From the NCBI GenBank assembly GCA_003056145.1, contig LSNL01000003.1, positions 201,993 through 265,992 on the forward strand: a stretch of DNA of 64,000 nucleotides, in the 5' to 3' direction. The notes beneath the pieces were generated by a model. That model was not told the origin of the DNA. It saw only the letters and a list, made by a program, of their open reading frames with translations, and searched no databases. Below, one piece after another: positions 36,744 through 46,193 of the stretch (the first letter of the stretch is position 1; the number at the start of each line of letters is the position of its first letter). Both the position numbers and the translations under genes were made by a program. Source of the DNA: Parcubacteria group bacterium M10-OD1-1 (lineage in GTDB: Bacteria; Patescibacteriota; Minisyncoccia; Moranbacterales; UBA2206).

Positions 36744-36762
36744 TTTTTTAAAAATAAAAAAT

Positions 36763-36945
36763 ATGAGTAGAAAATCTTTAGGGCAAAGAAGTGTTAGAAA
36801 ACTGGGTAAAGTCGGTGGCGGAACATCATATTCTGTTACTTTGCCAATTGAAATTATAAGAGAATTTAGGTGGAAAGAAGGTCAAAAACTTGTAATTAAG
36901 AAGTATGGAAAGAATAAAATTGTAATTGAGGATTGGAAAAAGTAA
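36763..36945 (+). CDS. AbrB/MazE-family (SpoVT_AbrB swapped-hairpin) small DNA-binding protein, 60 aa
   Basis: 'VRKLGKVGGGTSYSVTLPIEIIREFRWKEGQKLVIKKYGKNKIVIED' matches the AbrB-N pattern (R-K-[LV]-x-x-G-x-x-x-[IV]-P-x-E-[IL]-R-x-x-x-x-I-x-x-G-D-x-[LV]). Confidence 0.6.
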   Translation: MSRKSLGQRSVRKLGKVGGGTSYSVTLPIEIIREFRWKEGQKLVIKKYGKNKIVIEDWKK

Positions 36946-37127
36946 AATACAAGCAACCAATGATTGCTATTAGAATATAAAAAAATGGTAAGCGAATATA
37001 TTAGAATAGATAAAAAACAATAGAGTATCAGGACAAAAAATTAATATTTACCGAAGCCGAGCCTGCTCAGTATTTGTAGATAGTATATAATTTCAGTAGT
37101 AATAATTCAAAAAAGTATTTTATTAAC

Positions 37128-38060
37128 ATGAGAAAAAATGATTTTAAAATTTCAATCGTGATTCCAGTTCTCAATGAAGAATTAAATATTGCGGAGCTAT
37201 TTTCTAAATTGAAGCCATTTTTAGAAACATATTTTAATTACGAAGTAATTTTTGTTGATGATGGGAGTACTGATAATACCCTTAAAATTATTAACGATTT
37301 AAGAAATAAAAATGATAAGGTGAAATATCTTTCTTTTTCCAGGAATTTTGGACATCAAAATGCTCTTCGTGCTGGCATGCGATATACAACAGGGGGGTGT
37401 GTCATTTCAATGGATGCTGATATACAACATCCACCAGAATTAATCCCAAAAATGATTAAAAAATGGCAAGAAGGATATGAAATTGTTTATACTGTACGTA
37501 AGGATAGCAATAAAAATTCTTTTTTCAAGAAAAAAACATCGGATATTTTCTATGGTATACTGTCGAGGCTTTCCGATGTAAGAGTGCCTAAAGGTGCGGC
37601 GGATTTTCGTTTATTAGATCGTTCAGTAGTTGATATAATTTCTCAGTTAAAAGAAAATACATTATTCTTGCGTGGAATGATTGCATGGTTAGGGTTTAAA
37701 CAATATGCTATTGAATATAATCCCGGAGAGCGATTTGCTGGTGAGACTAAATATTCTATAAGAAAAATGGTATCCTTAGCATTAAATGGTATTACATCTT
37801 TCAGTATAAGACCACTAAGGTTGGCTACTTATTTAGGATTTACAATTGCCTCGCTATCTTTTTTATATGCGGCTTATGCAGTTTACCTTAAAATTTTTAC
37901 TGATAAAGTGATTTCTGGTTGGACATCAGTGCTAGTTAGTGTTTTATTCTTATCAGGCATTCAGCTGATAACGTTTGGAATCATGGGTGAATATATAGGA
38001 AAGTTATTTATAGAATCAAAAGGTCGTCCTAGCTATATAATAAAAGAAAAGAAGTTATGA
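37128..38060 (+). CDS. GT2 polyprenyl-phosphate glycosyltransferase (GtrB/ArnC/Dpm1-like) with two C-terminal TMs
   Basis: 'ISIVIPVLNEELNI...FVDDGSTDNT...DADIQHPPELIPKMI' and C-terminal TM pair. Confidence 0.8.
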   Translation: MRKNDFKISIVIPVLNEELNIAELFSKLKPFLETYFNYEVIFVDDGSTDNTLKIINDLRNKNDKVKYLSFSRNFGHQNALRAGMRYTTGGCVISMDADIQHPPELIPKMIKKWQEGYEIVYTVRKDSNKNSFFKKKTSDIFYGILSRLSDVRVPKGAADFRLLDRSVVDIISQLKENTLFLRGMIAWLGFKQYAIEYNPGERFAGETKYSIRKMVSLALNGITSFSIRPLRLATYLGFTIASLSFLYAAYAVYLKIFTDKVISGWTSVLVSVLFLSGIQLITFGIMGEYIGKLFIESKGRPSYIIKEKKL

Positions 38061-39373
38061 ATTTTTTTCAATCTAGCAAGAAAAATAAAATAATTTCTCT
38101 AATTATTTTTGTTGCTATCTTTTTTGCAATATTTTTTATCAATAATAAAACTCCAATTTATTCTGATGATTGGGCTTTTTATGTTTCTTATCAAAATCAA
38201 AGAATACAATCAGTCAACGATGTTTTTTCTTCGATAAAATATTTTTATTTGCATGTCAATGGTAGAAGCGTGGCTAATTTAATCGTTGTCTTATTCGCTT
38301 TTTTAGGGAAAAATATATTCAATTTTTTCAATACTTTAATGTTTATCCTCCTGGGTTGGGAAATTTATTTTTTTGCTAGTGACGGAAAAAAAATAAAACC
38401 TCTGGGACTACTGGCTGTATTTATTCTACTTTGGTTTTTAAGTCCTTCTCCAAATCAAACTCTTTTTTGGATGTGTGGAGCAGTAGTCTATTTATGGATG
38501 GCAGTACTTACTCTTCTATTTTTAATTCCGTTTCGCGGATTTTTTTTGAAAAATAAAAAATTTATAAAAGACAACCAGCTGGGTGTTTTTTTGATGTTTG
38601 TTCTTGGAATTTTAGTTGGAAATTCTCATGAAATTATAGTGCCAGCAGTGTTTCTAGTTATATTATTTGCTGGATATATTCTTTTTAAAAAAAGAAAGAA
38701 AATTTCAAAGTGGGCAATTAGTGGATTTATCGGGTTTATGATTGGTGCCATTATTCAATTCTTTGCACCAGGTAACTATGTAAAACTTAATCATACACTT
38801 GGTAGTAAAGGATTTTTCCAATTATCTTCAGGATTCCATCGGGTTCTAGAAAAAATATCGGCATATCAAATTGTTTTGTGGGAAATAGTTGGGGTGATAG
38901 TATTTCTATATGTAATTAATAAAATCTATTTCAAATTTAGAAAGAAAATTATGGATTCATTTATGCTATTATTAATAATAGTTGCTTTTTTTCTGGATGT
39001 TTTAGGAATATTTTTCCCCTACTTTCCGCCCAGGGCGTTTTTTTTCAGTAATGTAGCTTTAATAATTTTTATAAGTAGGTTTTTATTGAATAATGAATTT
39101 AAATTAGTAAAAACACTAGGTATAATTATTTTAATTCCAGCTTTTATTCTGTCTATGGAAACATCAATGAATAAAGCTAATATTTTATATAAACAGTATC
39201 AAAAGAGAGATGAGTCTATATTAAAACAAAAATTTCAAGGTAAACAAAATATAACGGTTAAAAAAATTAAAAGGGTTAAAAATAAAATATTACTCAATGA
39301 ACCTCTATTACCTCATTCTAAAAATGTTTGGGCTAGTCGATTCTACGGAGTAGATAGTATTAAATTAAATTAA
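38057..39373 (+). CDS. polytopic membrane protein, putative GT-C-like glycosyltransferase or polymerase
   Basis: ~11 TMs. 'IYSDDWAF' acidic motif after TM1. 4-nt overlap with upstream GT2. Confidence 0.4.
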   Translation: MNFFQSSKKNKIISLIIFVAIFFAIFFINNKTPIYSDDWAFYVSYQNQRIQSVNDVFSSIKYFYLHVNGRSVANLIVVLFAFLGKNIFNFFNTLMFILLGWEIYFFASDGKKIKPLGLLAVFILLWFLSPSPNQTLFWMCGAVVYLWMAVLTLLFLIPFRGFFLKNKKFIKDNQLGVFLMFVLGILVGNSHEIIVPAVFLVILFAGYILFKKRKKISKWAISGFIGFMIGAIIQFFAPGNYVKLNHTLGSKGFFQLSSGFHRVLEKISAYQIVLWEIVGVIVFLYVINKIYFKFRKKIMDSFMLLLIIVAFFLDVLGIFFPYFPPRAFFFSNVALIIFISRFLLNNEFKLVKTLGIIILIPAFILSMETSMNKANILYKQYQKRDESILKQKFQGKQNITVKKIKRVKNKILLNEPLLPHSKNVWASRFYGVDSIKLN

Positions 39374-39384
39374 ATTTTAAAAAT

Positions 39385-39714
39385 ATGCTTAATTACATAC
39401 TAATTTTATTAGGAATAATAACAAGTGCTTTGGCACAAGTGATGTTAAAAAAATCAAGCGAGTTTTCATTTTTTAAAGAATATAATTTCTTTATTTTCTT
39501 TATTTTGGGCGGATTGTTTTATATTATTTCTTTCGGTTTATATGCCTACATTTTAAAAATATTTGATATTAGTAAAATTAGTCCAGTAATGACTATTGGG
39601 GTAATGGTAATAGTTGTAGCATCTGGGATATTATTTTTTAAAGAAACTCTCTCATTAATTCAATCAGTTGGTATCATATTAGGTGTAATATCTATAATAT
39701 TAATTTTAAAATGA
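39385..39714 (+). CDS. small 4-TM SMR/DMT-like protein (ArnE/ArnF-like candidate polyprenyl-P-sugar flippase subunit)
   Basis: 109 aa, four TMs, 'LGIITSALAQVMLKK' resembles EamA/ArnE. Confidence 0.45.
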   Translation: MLNYILILLGIITSALAQVMLKKSSEFSFFKEYNFFIFFILGGLFYIISFGLYAYILKIFDISKISPVMTIGVMVIVVASGILFFKETLSLIQSVGIILGVISIILILK

Positions 39715-39722
39715 CATAACAA

Positions 39723-41282
39723 ATGCAAAAAAAACATAAATATATCGCGCTTATAGTATTTATTTCTATTTGGTTCGGAATAGCAGTTTTTAGTGGTTCA
39801 GTCTTTTCTGGATATCACTTAACAGATGATCATGAAATAGTTAGAATTAAAAAGGATTTAAGCTCTCAAACAACAATGCAAGTTGCGGGAAAGTGGATGA
39901 GACGGGACCAATTTTCTACGCATAGATTTAGACCATTTTATTTTTTACATAGAGTGATTGAAACAAGAATATTCGGTTCTAATTTTGTAATCTGGTCAGT
40001 CTATACAATTATTCTAGCTATTGCAACTTCTTTTTTACTATTTTATTTTTTATCGCTTGTTGGTTTTTCTTTTTGGGAGTCTTTTCTATTTTCAGAAATT
40101 TCTTTAATTGGTCCACAAGCTCAAATTTGGTGGCGTCTAGGACCTAATGAAACTATTGGAATGTTCATGCTGGCTGTTTCACTGCTCTTTCTTGGTTTAT
40201 ATTATAATTCGCAAAAAAATGAACGGATATTGAAAATACTATTTATAATATTTTCAATCCTAATGGCTTTATCGAAGGAGAGTTTTATTCTTATTCTTCC
40301 AGCATTTATTCTGATTTTAACTTATCTTTCAAAGATGAAAAATCAAATTTCTTGGAAAAAAGTGTTTCAAGAAAATTATATAAGCATTAGTATTTTGATG
40401 GGTGTATTTATTGGATTTCTTCTGTATATTAAAAATTTAATAGGAATGGCTGGCATAGGATACGCCGGAATTAATGGGTTTCAACCAGAAAAATATATTA
40501 AAACTTTTTTAAATTTATCAACTAAAAGTTGGATAGATTATCTTATTTTTATTCAATTAATTTTAATAATATTGTTTATTTTCTTAAAAGGATTAAGTAA
40601 ACAAAATATTTGGAAAATAGTAAGGAAGTATTTATTGGTAACTACTATTTTTTTAGCTATTGTTATTCCTCAGGTTATTCTTTACACTAAATCCGGATTT
40701 AATAAGAGATATTTACTGCCATCAATGTTGGGTTATTCATTCATTTTCGTTTATTTGCTCAAACAGATGAGAAAAAAGACACTTATTATTTGGAGTGGAA
40801 TAGTTTTTGTAAGTTTATTCTTTCTTCTCGGTAATTTAAGAAGCGATTTCAAAAATGCTCAAGAGTTTACTCAGAGAGGAAAAGCTATCAATGGCGTCTT
40901 TAATATTATTAAGATAAAAACATCCCCAACGGACAATATACTTATTGTTGGTGATCCAATAATGTATTATGAATGGTCAGATTCAATAAACTATTACTTA
41001 AAAAATGAGTTAAGTAGGAAAAATCTTTTTATATACCCGCTATTTAGAAAAAAACTATCTTCCTATTCTGTTTTTGGTAGAAATTTAATAAAAGGGTTTG
41101 GAAAAATTTATGGAAAAAATAGATATGAGAATATTAAGAATGAGAGTATAATTGATACAATTGTGTTATTTCCCAGAATGGAAAAAACTTTCTTGAAGAA
41201 TTTTTCAGATATTGGTTTGCTGAAGAGTGATTTTACTGAGAAAAGCTCTGGTAGATACGTAATTTATTATAAGAATAAGTAA
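39723..41282 (+). CDS. polytopic membrane protein with C-terminal soluble domain, putative GT-C-like glycosyltransferase
   Basis: ~10 TMs. 'GYHLTDDHEIV' acidic motif after TM1. Confidence 0.4.
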   Translation: MQKKHKYIALIVFISIWFGIAVFSGSVFSGYHLTDDHEIVRIKKDLSSQTTMQVAGKWMRRDQFSTHRFRPFYFLHRVIETRIFGSNFVIWSVYTIILAIATSFLLFYFLSLVGFSFWESFLFSEISLIGPQAQIWWRLGPNETIGMFMLAVSLLFLGLYYNSQKNERILKILFIIFSILMALSKESFILILPAFILILTYLSKMKNQISWKKVFQENYISISILMGVFIGFLLYIKNLIGMAGIGYAGINGFQPEKYIKTFLNLSTKSWIDYLIFIQLILIILFIFLKGLSKQNIWKIVRKYLLVTTIFLAIVIPQVILYTKSGFNKRYLLPSMLGYSFIFVYLLKQMRKKTLIIWSGIVFVSLFFLLGNLRSDFKNAQEFTQRGKAINGVFNIIKIKTSPTDNILIVGDPIMYYEWSDSINYYLKNELSRKNLFIYPLFRKKLSSYSVFGRNLIKGFGKIYGKNRYENIKNESIIDTIVLFPRMEKTFLKNFSDIGLLKSDFTEKSSGRYVIYYKNK

Positions 41283-41391
41283 GTTTTAACCAAAGAATAA
41301 ATTTCCAAAATTGTTCTCAAATCGGTGTGATAGATTTTGATGGATGAGTGTTAAAATGAAATTACAGAGCTAATTCTGTAGTTAGTGATAA

Positions 41392-41499
41392 ACTAAAAAT
41401 TATAGTACTAGTCAAGAAAAAAGTTTTAGCGAAAAAGAAAAAACAGTGAAAAAATATGGAAAAGAGAAAAGGATAATAATTAAGGATTGGAAAGAATAA
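41392..41499 (+). pseudogene. 3' remnant of an AbrB-like mini-gene (encodes ...VKKYGKEKRIIIKDWKE*; no start codon)
   Basis: 41446-41499 is 51/54 nt identical to 42906-42959. Frame is closed by TAG TGA TAA upstream; no ATG. Confidence 0.55.
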
Positions 41500-41837
41500 A
41501 ATAATGGTTGCTCTATTTAAAGAAAAATCAATGTTTTTAGCACAAGTATTGGCAGAAAGAATTTTGGGCTCTGGAGAATTTAATGAATACACTATAGCCA
41601 TTGCTATTTCCTGAATGGTGGTAATTTTTTCGGTTTTTGGTATGGATACAGGGATGGTAAAAAGTCAAAGTTTATGATGATGTCAAAAAAATATTGAGAC
41701 AAGACTGCTAGAAGTCCTTTTATTTGAATCGAAATGCTATAGGTGTTAGAATAAATAATGTAAAAAAGACAAGTGAAGTTTCGAATTAGTAGGTATAATT
41801 TTAAATAAAAAAGTAAATTCTTAATAATATATAAACT

Positions 41838-42815
41838 ATGAAGAAAAAAGCGCTCATTACAGGAATTTTAGGTCAAGATGGTCCGTATCTTGCCAAATTA
41901 CTATTAGGGAAGGACTATGAAGTTTATGGACTTATAAGGCGCTATGCCAATCCAAATTTTAGTAACACTGATTATCTTGGGATTACGGATAAAATAAATT
42001 TTATATCAGGAGATATGACAGATGAGGCATCAATAATTAACATTATAAAAGCTATCCATCCAGATGAGGTATATAATTTAGCTGCGCAATCTTTCGTGGG
42101 CGTATCATGGGATCAATCGAAAGTCACGACTGAAATAAATGCACTTGGAGTTCTTTATTTACTTAACGCAATTAAATATTTTTCTCCGACAACAAAATTT
42201 TATCAGGCATCAACTAGCGAGATGTTTGGAAATAGTCATATCGAGGGGTTGCAAACAGAAGAAACTCCCTTTTATCCAAGAAGTCCATATGCCATTGCCA
42301 AGCTCTATGCCTATTGGATAGTGATTAATTTCAAGGAAAGCTATGGAATGTATTGTGCTAATGGGATTCTTTTTAATCATGAATCTCCCATTAGAGGAAT
42401 GGAATTTGTTACAAGGAAAATAACAGATGGCGTAGCTAGGATAAAATTAGGACTGTCTAAAGAAATATATCTTGGAAATCTTGATAGCAAGCGAGATTGG
42501 GGGTTTGCCGGAGATTACGTAGAAGCGATGTGGCTTATGCTACAGCAAGAAAAACCAGACAACTATATTATTTCTACGGGAGAGACTCATTCAGTCAGAG
42601 ATTTTTTAGACATCGCTTTTAAATATGCTGGTATTGATAATTGGGAGAAATATGTAAAACTAGACCCTCGGTTTAGAAGACCAGCCGAATTGTTTTCGCT
42701 ACACGGAAAGAATGATAAGGCAAGGGAAGTTTTAGCGTGGGAGCCAAAAGTTAAATTTAATGAGTTGGTTAAAATGATGATGGAAGCAGATTTAAAAAGG
42801 TTGTCAGTAAAGTAG
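41838..42815 (+). CDS. gmd: GDP-mannose 4,6-dehydratase
   Basis: 'KKALITGILGQDGPYLAKLLLGKDYEVYGLIRR' Rossmann N-terminus and SDR catalytic region typical of Gmd. Confidence 0.9.
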   Translation: MKKKALITGILGQDGPYLAKLLLGKDYEVYGLIRRYANPNFSNTDYLGITDKINFISGDMTDEASIINIIKAIHPDEVYNLAAQSFVGVSWDQSKVTTEINALGVLYLLNAIKYFSPTTKFYQASTSEMFGNSHIEGLQTEETPFYPRSPYAIAKLYAYWIVINFKESYGMYCANGILFNHESPIRGMEFVTRKITDGVARIKLGLSKEIYLGNLDSKRDWGFAGDYVEAMWLMLQQEKPDNYIISTGETHSVRDFLDIAFKYAGIDNWEKYVKLDPRFRRPAELFSLHGKNDKAREVLAWEPKVKFNELVKMMMEADLKRLSVK

Positions 42816-42959
42816 CAAATTATAATTTGTGGAACATCATATTTTATTACTTTGTCAGCTGACATTATTCGTGAGTTTGATTGGCGTGAAGGGCAGAAAT
42901 TAGTAGTGAAAAAATATGGAAAAGAGAAAGGGATAATAATTAAGGATTGGAAAGAGTAG
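42816..42959 (+). pseudogene. N-terminally truncated AbrB-like paralog (47 codons, no ATG), contiguous in-frame after the gmd TAG stop
   Basis: Encodes 'CGTSYFITLSADIIREFDWREGQKLVVKKYGKEKGIIIKDWKE', ~70% identical to the C-terminal 42 aa of the 36763 protein. Possible TTG/ATT starts only. Confidence 0.5.
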
Positions 42960-42976
42960 GCCATCTGATTTTTTTT

Positions 42977-44332
42977 ATGGAAAAGTATATAAAAATTTTT
43001 ATTCCAGAGATTATCTGGAATAAGATTGATAAAAATCCAGAGCTTAAAAAAATATTAGCCAATCTTAATTGGCTATTTCTTGATAAAGCAATTCAGCTAG
43101 TGATAGCTTTTTTTGTAGGAATCTGGGTTATTCGGTATTTGGGTCCAGAGCGATACGGAATGCTGAGCTATGCAGTAGCATTTGTTTCATTGTTTGGTTT
43201 TATTGCATCGATGGGAATAAATGGAATTGCTGTTCGTGAATTCGTAAAAAATAAAAATAGAGAAGATGAACTCTTTGGGACACTATTCTTTCTTAAGCTA
43301 ACGGCTGGATTTTTAGCATTTATTAGCTCATGGGTTGTTATTTTTTTTGTAAAACCTGGTAATAGTTTAATTTTTTGGTTAGCTTTTATTATTGCCTTAG
43401 GTTTCATTTTTAAGGTATCGGATATCTTTGATTTTTGGTTTCAATCTAAAGTGATCTCAAAATATACGGTATATGTAAAAAGTTCAATCAGTATTATCAT
43501 TGGAGCAATAAAAGTAGTTTTAATTTTAGAAAGAGCTTCTTTAATTGCTTTTGCCTGGGTTATTTTATTAGAATCTGTAGTAACTCTCATTGGATTTATT
43601 TATATATATATTAAAAAGAAAGGAAATCTTACTATTCTAAAAATAAGCGTTCCTATTGGAAAAAAAATCTTATCAGATAGTTGGCCATTAATGTTATCAA
43701 GTATAGCAGTTACTGTGTATATGAAAATTGATCAAGTTATGATTGGTAATATGCTTGGTAATAAATCGCTTGGAATTTATTCTGCTGCTGTTTCATTGAG
43801 TGAAGTATGGTTTTTTATACCAATAATAATAACAACTTCTGTATTTCCAGCAATAATTTATGCGAAAAAAAAGAGTATAGATATATATAAAAATAGGTGG
43901 CAATCTCTTTATGATATCATGGTTTGGTTATCGATTATAATTATTTTACCAATAAGTTTATTTTCAAAAGATATAGTCAATATATTGTTTGGAATAAAGT
44001 ATGTTCAATCATCTAGCGTCTTATCTATTTATATATGGTCATCTATTTTGGTATTTTCTGGTGTGGTAGGAGAAAAATTTTTAGTTGCTGAAAATATAGC
44101 GAAAATATCTCTTCTGAAAAATATTATGGGCGGGATAATTAATATAATACTTAATTTGTGGTTAATTCCTAAATATGGGATAATTGGAGCAGCATGGGCT
44201 ACTGTAATTTCTTATATGGTTTCTTTTGCTGGTCTTGTCATTTGGAAAAGAACAAGAATAAATATTAAATTATTTTTAAATGCATTTAATTTAATTAGAA
44301 TATATAAGGATAATAAAAAATTAATAATTTGA
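42977..44332 (+). CDS. Wzx-like polysaccharide flippase (MOP superfamily)
   Basis: ~12 TMs; 'LDKAIQLVIAFFVGIWVIRYLGPERYGMLSYAVAFVSLFGF' typical Wzx/RfbX N-terminus. Start taken at the second ATG, clear of the upstream remnant. Confidence 0.75.
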   Translation: MEKYIKIFIPEIIWNKIDKNPELKKILANLNWLFLDKAIQLVIAFFVGIWVIRYLGPERYGMLSYAVAFVSLFGFIASMGINGIAVREFVKNKNREDELFGTLFFLKLTAGFLAFISSWVVIFFVKPGNSLIFWLAFIIALGFIFKVSDIFDFWFQSKVISKYTVYVKSSISIIIGAIKVVLILERASLIAFAWVILLESVVTLIGFIYIYIKKKGNLTILKISVPIGKKILSDSWPLMLSSIAVTVYMKIDQVMIGNMLGNKSLGIYSAAVSLSEVWFFIPIIITTSVFPAIIYAKKKSIDIYKNRWQSLYDIMVWLSIIIILPISLFSKDIVNILFGIKYVQSSSVLSIYIWSSILVFSGVVGEKFLVAENIAKISLLKNIMGGIINIILNLWLIPKYGIIGAAWATVISYMVSFAGLVIWKRTRINIKLFLNAFNLIRIYKDNKKLII

Positions 44333-45045
44333 ATAAAATAAATAAAAACGAATTAGTGAATAATTATTTAAATACAGCTCCTATTGGTCAAATGGGTGGT
44401 ATTTCTAATGTAAAGATAGAATGGATAAAATATAACTTCTCAAAATTTTTCAAAGGTAAAAATGCTACTTATTTAGACATAGGACCAGGGCAAGGAGAAG
44501 TATTGATTTTGTGGAAAAAAATGGGATTTAAAAATATTAATAGTGTCGATATTTCCAGTGGAGTATATGAACACATTAAAAAACTTGGTTTTAATTGCAT
44601 TCTAGTCGATAATACCGAGGCATATCTTAAAAATAATAAAGAAAAATTTGATTTTATAATGCTTAATGATGTTATAGAACATATTCCTAAAAATGAACTA
44701 GTTTCTTTTATGCAAAATGTTTATTTAAGTTTAAAAATTAATGGTAGAGTTATCATAAAAGTTCCCAATGCTCAATCACCTCATTTTTCTATTGGTAGAT
44801 ATGATGACTTGACTCATGTACAGTCGTTTACTGAGAAATCTCTTTATCAATTATTAAAAGTAGCTAAATTTAAAAAAGTAAATATTTATCCAGAGAAGTT
44901 TATTGTTAGAAATTTTAAAGATAGCTTAGTTAAATACTTTACTATGCCAATTTATTTTTGGTGGATTCGTAAAATTAGAGGTGCTAGTGGACATTTTAGT
45001 CCAAAAATATTGACACAAGCTATAATAGCAATTGTTCATAAATAA
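44329..45045 (+). CDS. class I SAM-dependent methyltransferase
   Basis: Motif I 'YLDIGPGQGEV', motif II 'FDFIMLNDVIEHI'. Confidence 0.75.
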   Translation: MNKINKNELVNNYLNTAPIGQMGGISNVKIEWIKYNFSKFFKGKNATYLDIGPGQGEVLILWKKMGFKNINSVDISSGVYEHIKKLGFNCILVDNTEAYLKNNKEKFDFIMLNDVIEHIPKNELVSFMQNVYLSLKINGRVIIKVPNAQSPHFSIGRYDDLTHVQSFTEKSLYQLLKVAKFKKVNIYPEKFIVRNFKDSLVKYFTMPIYFWWIRKIRGASGHFSPKILTQAIIAIVHK

Positions 45046-45050
45046 TTTAT

Positions 45051-46193
45051 ATGGCAATGATAAAAATAATAATAACGAGTATTTTAGATATTATTAATCC
45101 AAAAAGAATTTATATAGGTAACTTATATAAAAGTAATTTTTCTAAAAATGTCTTAATATCATATATAACATATCCATTTTTTAAGGGTTTATCTGGACAT
45201 AGCAATACGCAAGAGGTATTAGAAATTGCTAGAATCTTTAATGAATTAGAATATAATGTAGATATTATAAATTATAGTACTAATATTAAAAAAATTAAAT
45301 TTTTAAAAAAAGAATATAGTATTGTATTTGGGTTAGAGCCAAACTTTATAAAGTTAATAAAAAAGTTTAATCCTCAAAAATCAATATATTATGCAACTGG
45401 ATCACATTTTTATTTTCAAAATAAAGCTGAACAAAAACGAATAGAAAGTTTAAACTATCGAAAAAAATCGGAGCTTTCTTCGGTTAGATATGTAAAACCT
45501 CACGATTCATCTTTAATGGCTGATGCAGTAATTTGTATCGGAAATAGACAAACTAAAGAGACATATAGAAATAGATGCAATCAAATTGAATGTATTAGAG
45601 TTTCTGCATATTCATATTTTCCTTTTCAGTCTATTATAAATAATAAAAATTGGAATTTAGCAAAGAAAAATTTTTTATGGTTTGGAAGTAGCGGTGCAGT
45701 GCACAAAGGCTTAGATATTCTTTTGGATATTTTTAAAGAAACTCCAAATATTAATTTATTTATTGCAGGAAATATTAAAAAAGAAAAATCTTTTATGAGC
45801 CTCTATTCAAAAGAACTTTTCAATTTACCTAATATTTTTTTTAAAGGATTTATTAATCCTCACTCAGAGAGCTTTAAAAAGTTGATGAACACATGCGGAT
45901 TTGTAGTAATGCCATCTTGTAGTGAAGGTATGAGTAGTTCAGTAGCTACATGTATGCATGCTGGTTTAATCCCAATAATTAGCAAGGAAACAGGAATAGG
46001 AGAAAATGATATAGGTATAATTTTGAAGAAAAATAGTCATGAAATAATTAAAAATGAAATGTTAAAAAGTACAAAAAAAGAAGCTAAATGGATAGAAAAT
46101 GAGTCTAAAAAGTCTTATGATTATGCAAAAAATAATTTTACAATTAAAATATTTTCTAATGATTTTAAAAAAGCATTAATAAAAATATTATGA
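45051..46193 (+). CDS. GT-B glycosyltransferase (GT4-like)
   Basis: C-terminal 'EGMSSSVATCMHAGLIPIIS' resembles the GT4 'EGFGLSVLEAMAxGxPVIAT' sugar-donor region. Confidence 0.5.
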   Translation: MAMIKIIITSILDIINPKRIYIGNLYKSNFSKNVLISYITYPFFKGLSGHSNTQEVLEIARIFNELEYNVDIINYSTNIKKIKFLKKEYSIVFGLEPNFIKLIKKFNPQKSIYYATGSHFYFQNKAEQKRIESLNYRKKSELSSVRYVKPHDSSLMADAVICIGNRQTKETYRNRCNQIECIRVSAYSYFPFQSIINNKNWNLAKKNFLWFGSSGAVHKGLDILLDIFKETPNINLFIAGNIKKEKSFMSLYSKELFNLPNIFFKGFINPHSESFKKLMNTCGFVVMPSCSEGMSSSVATCMHAGLIPIISKETGIGENDIGIILKKNSHEIIKNEMLKSTKKEAKWIENESKKSYDYAKNNFTIKIFSNDFKKALIKIL

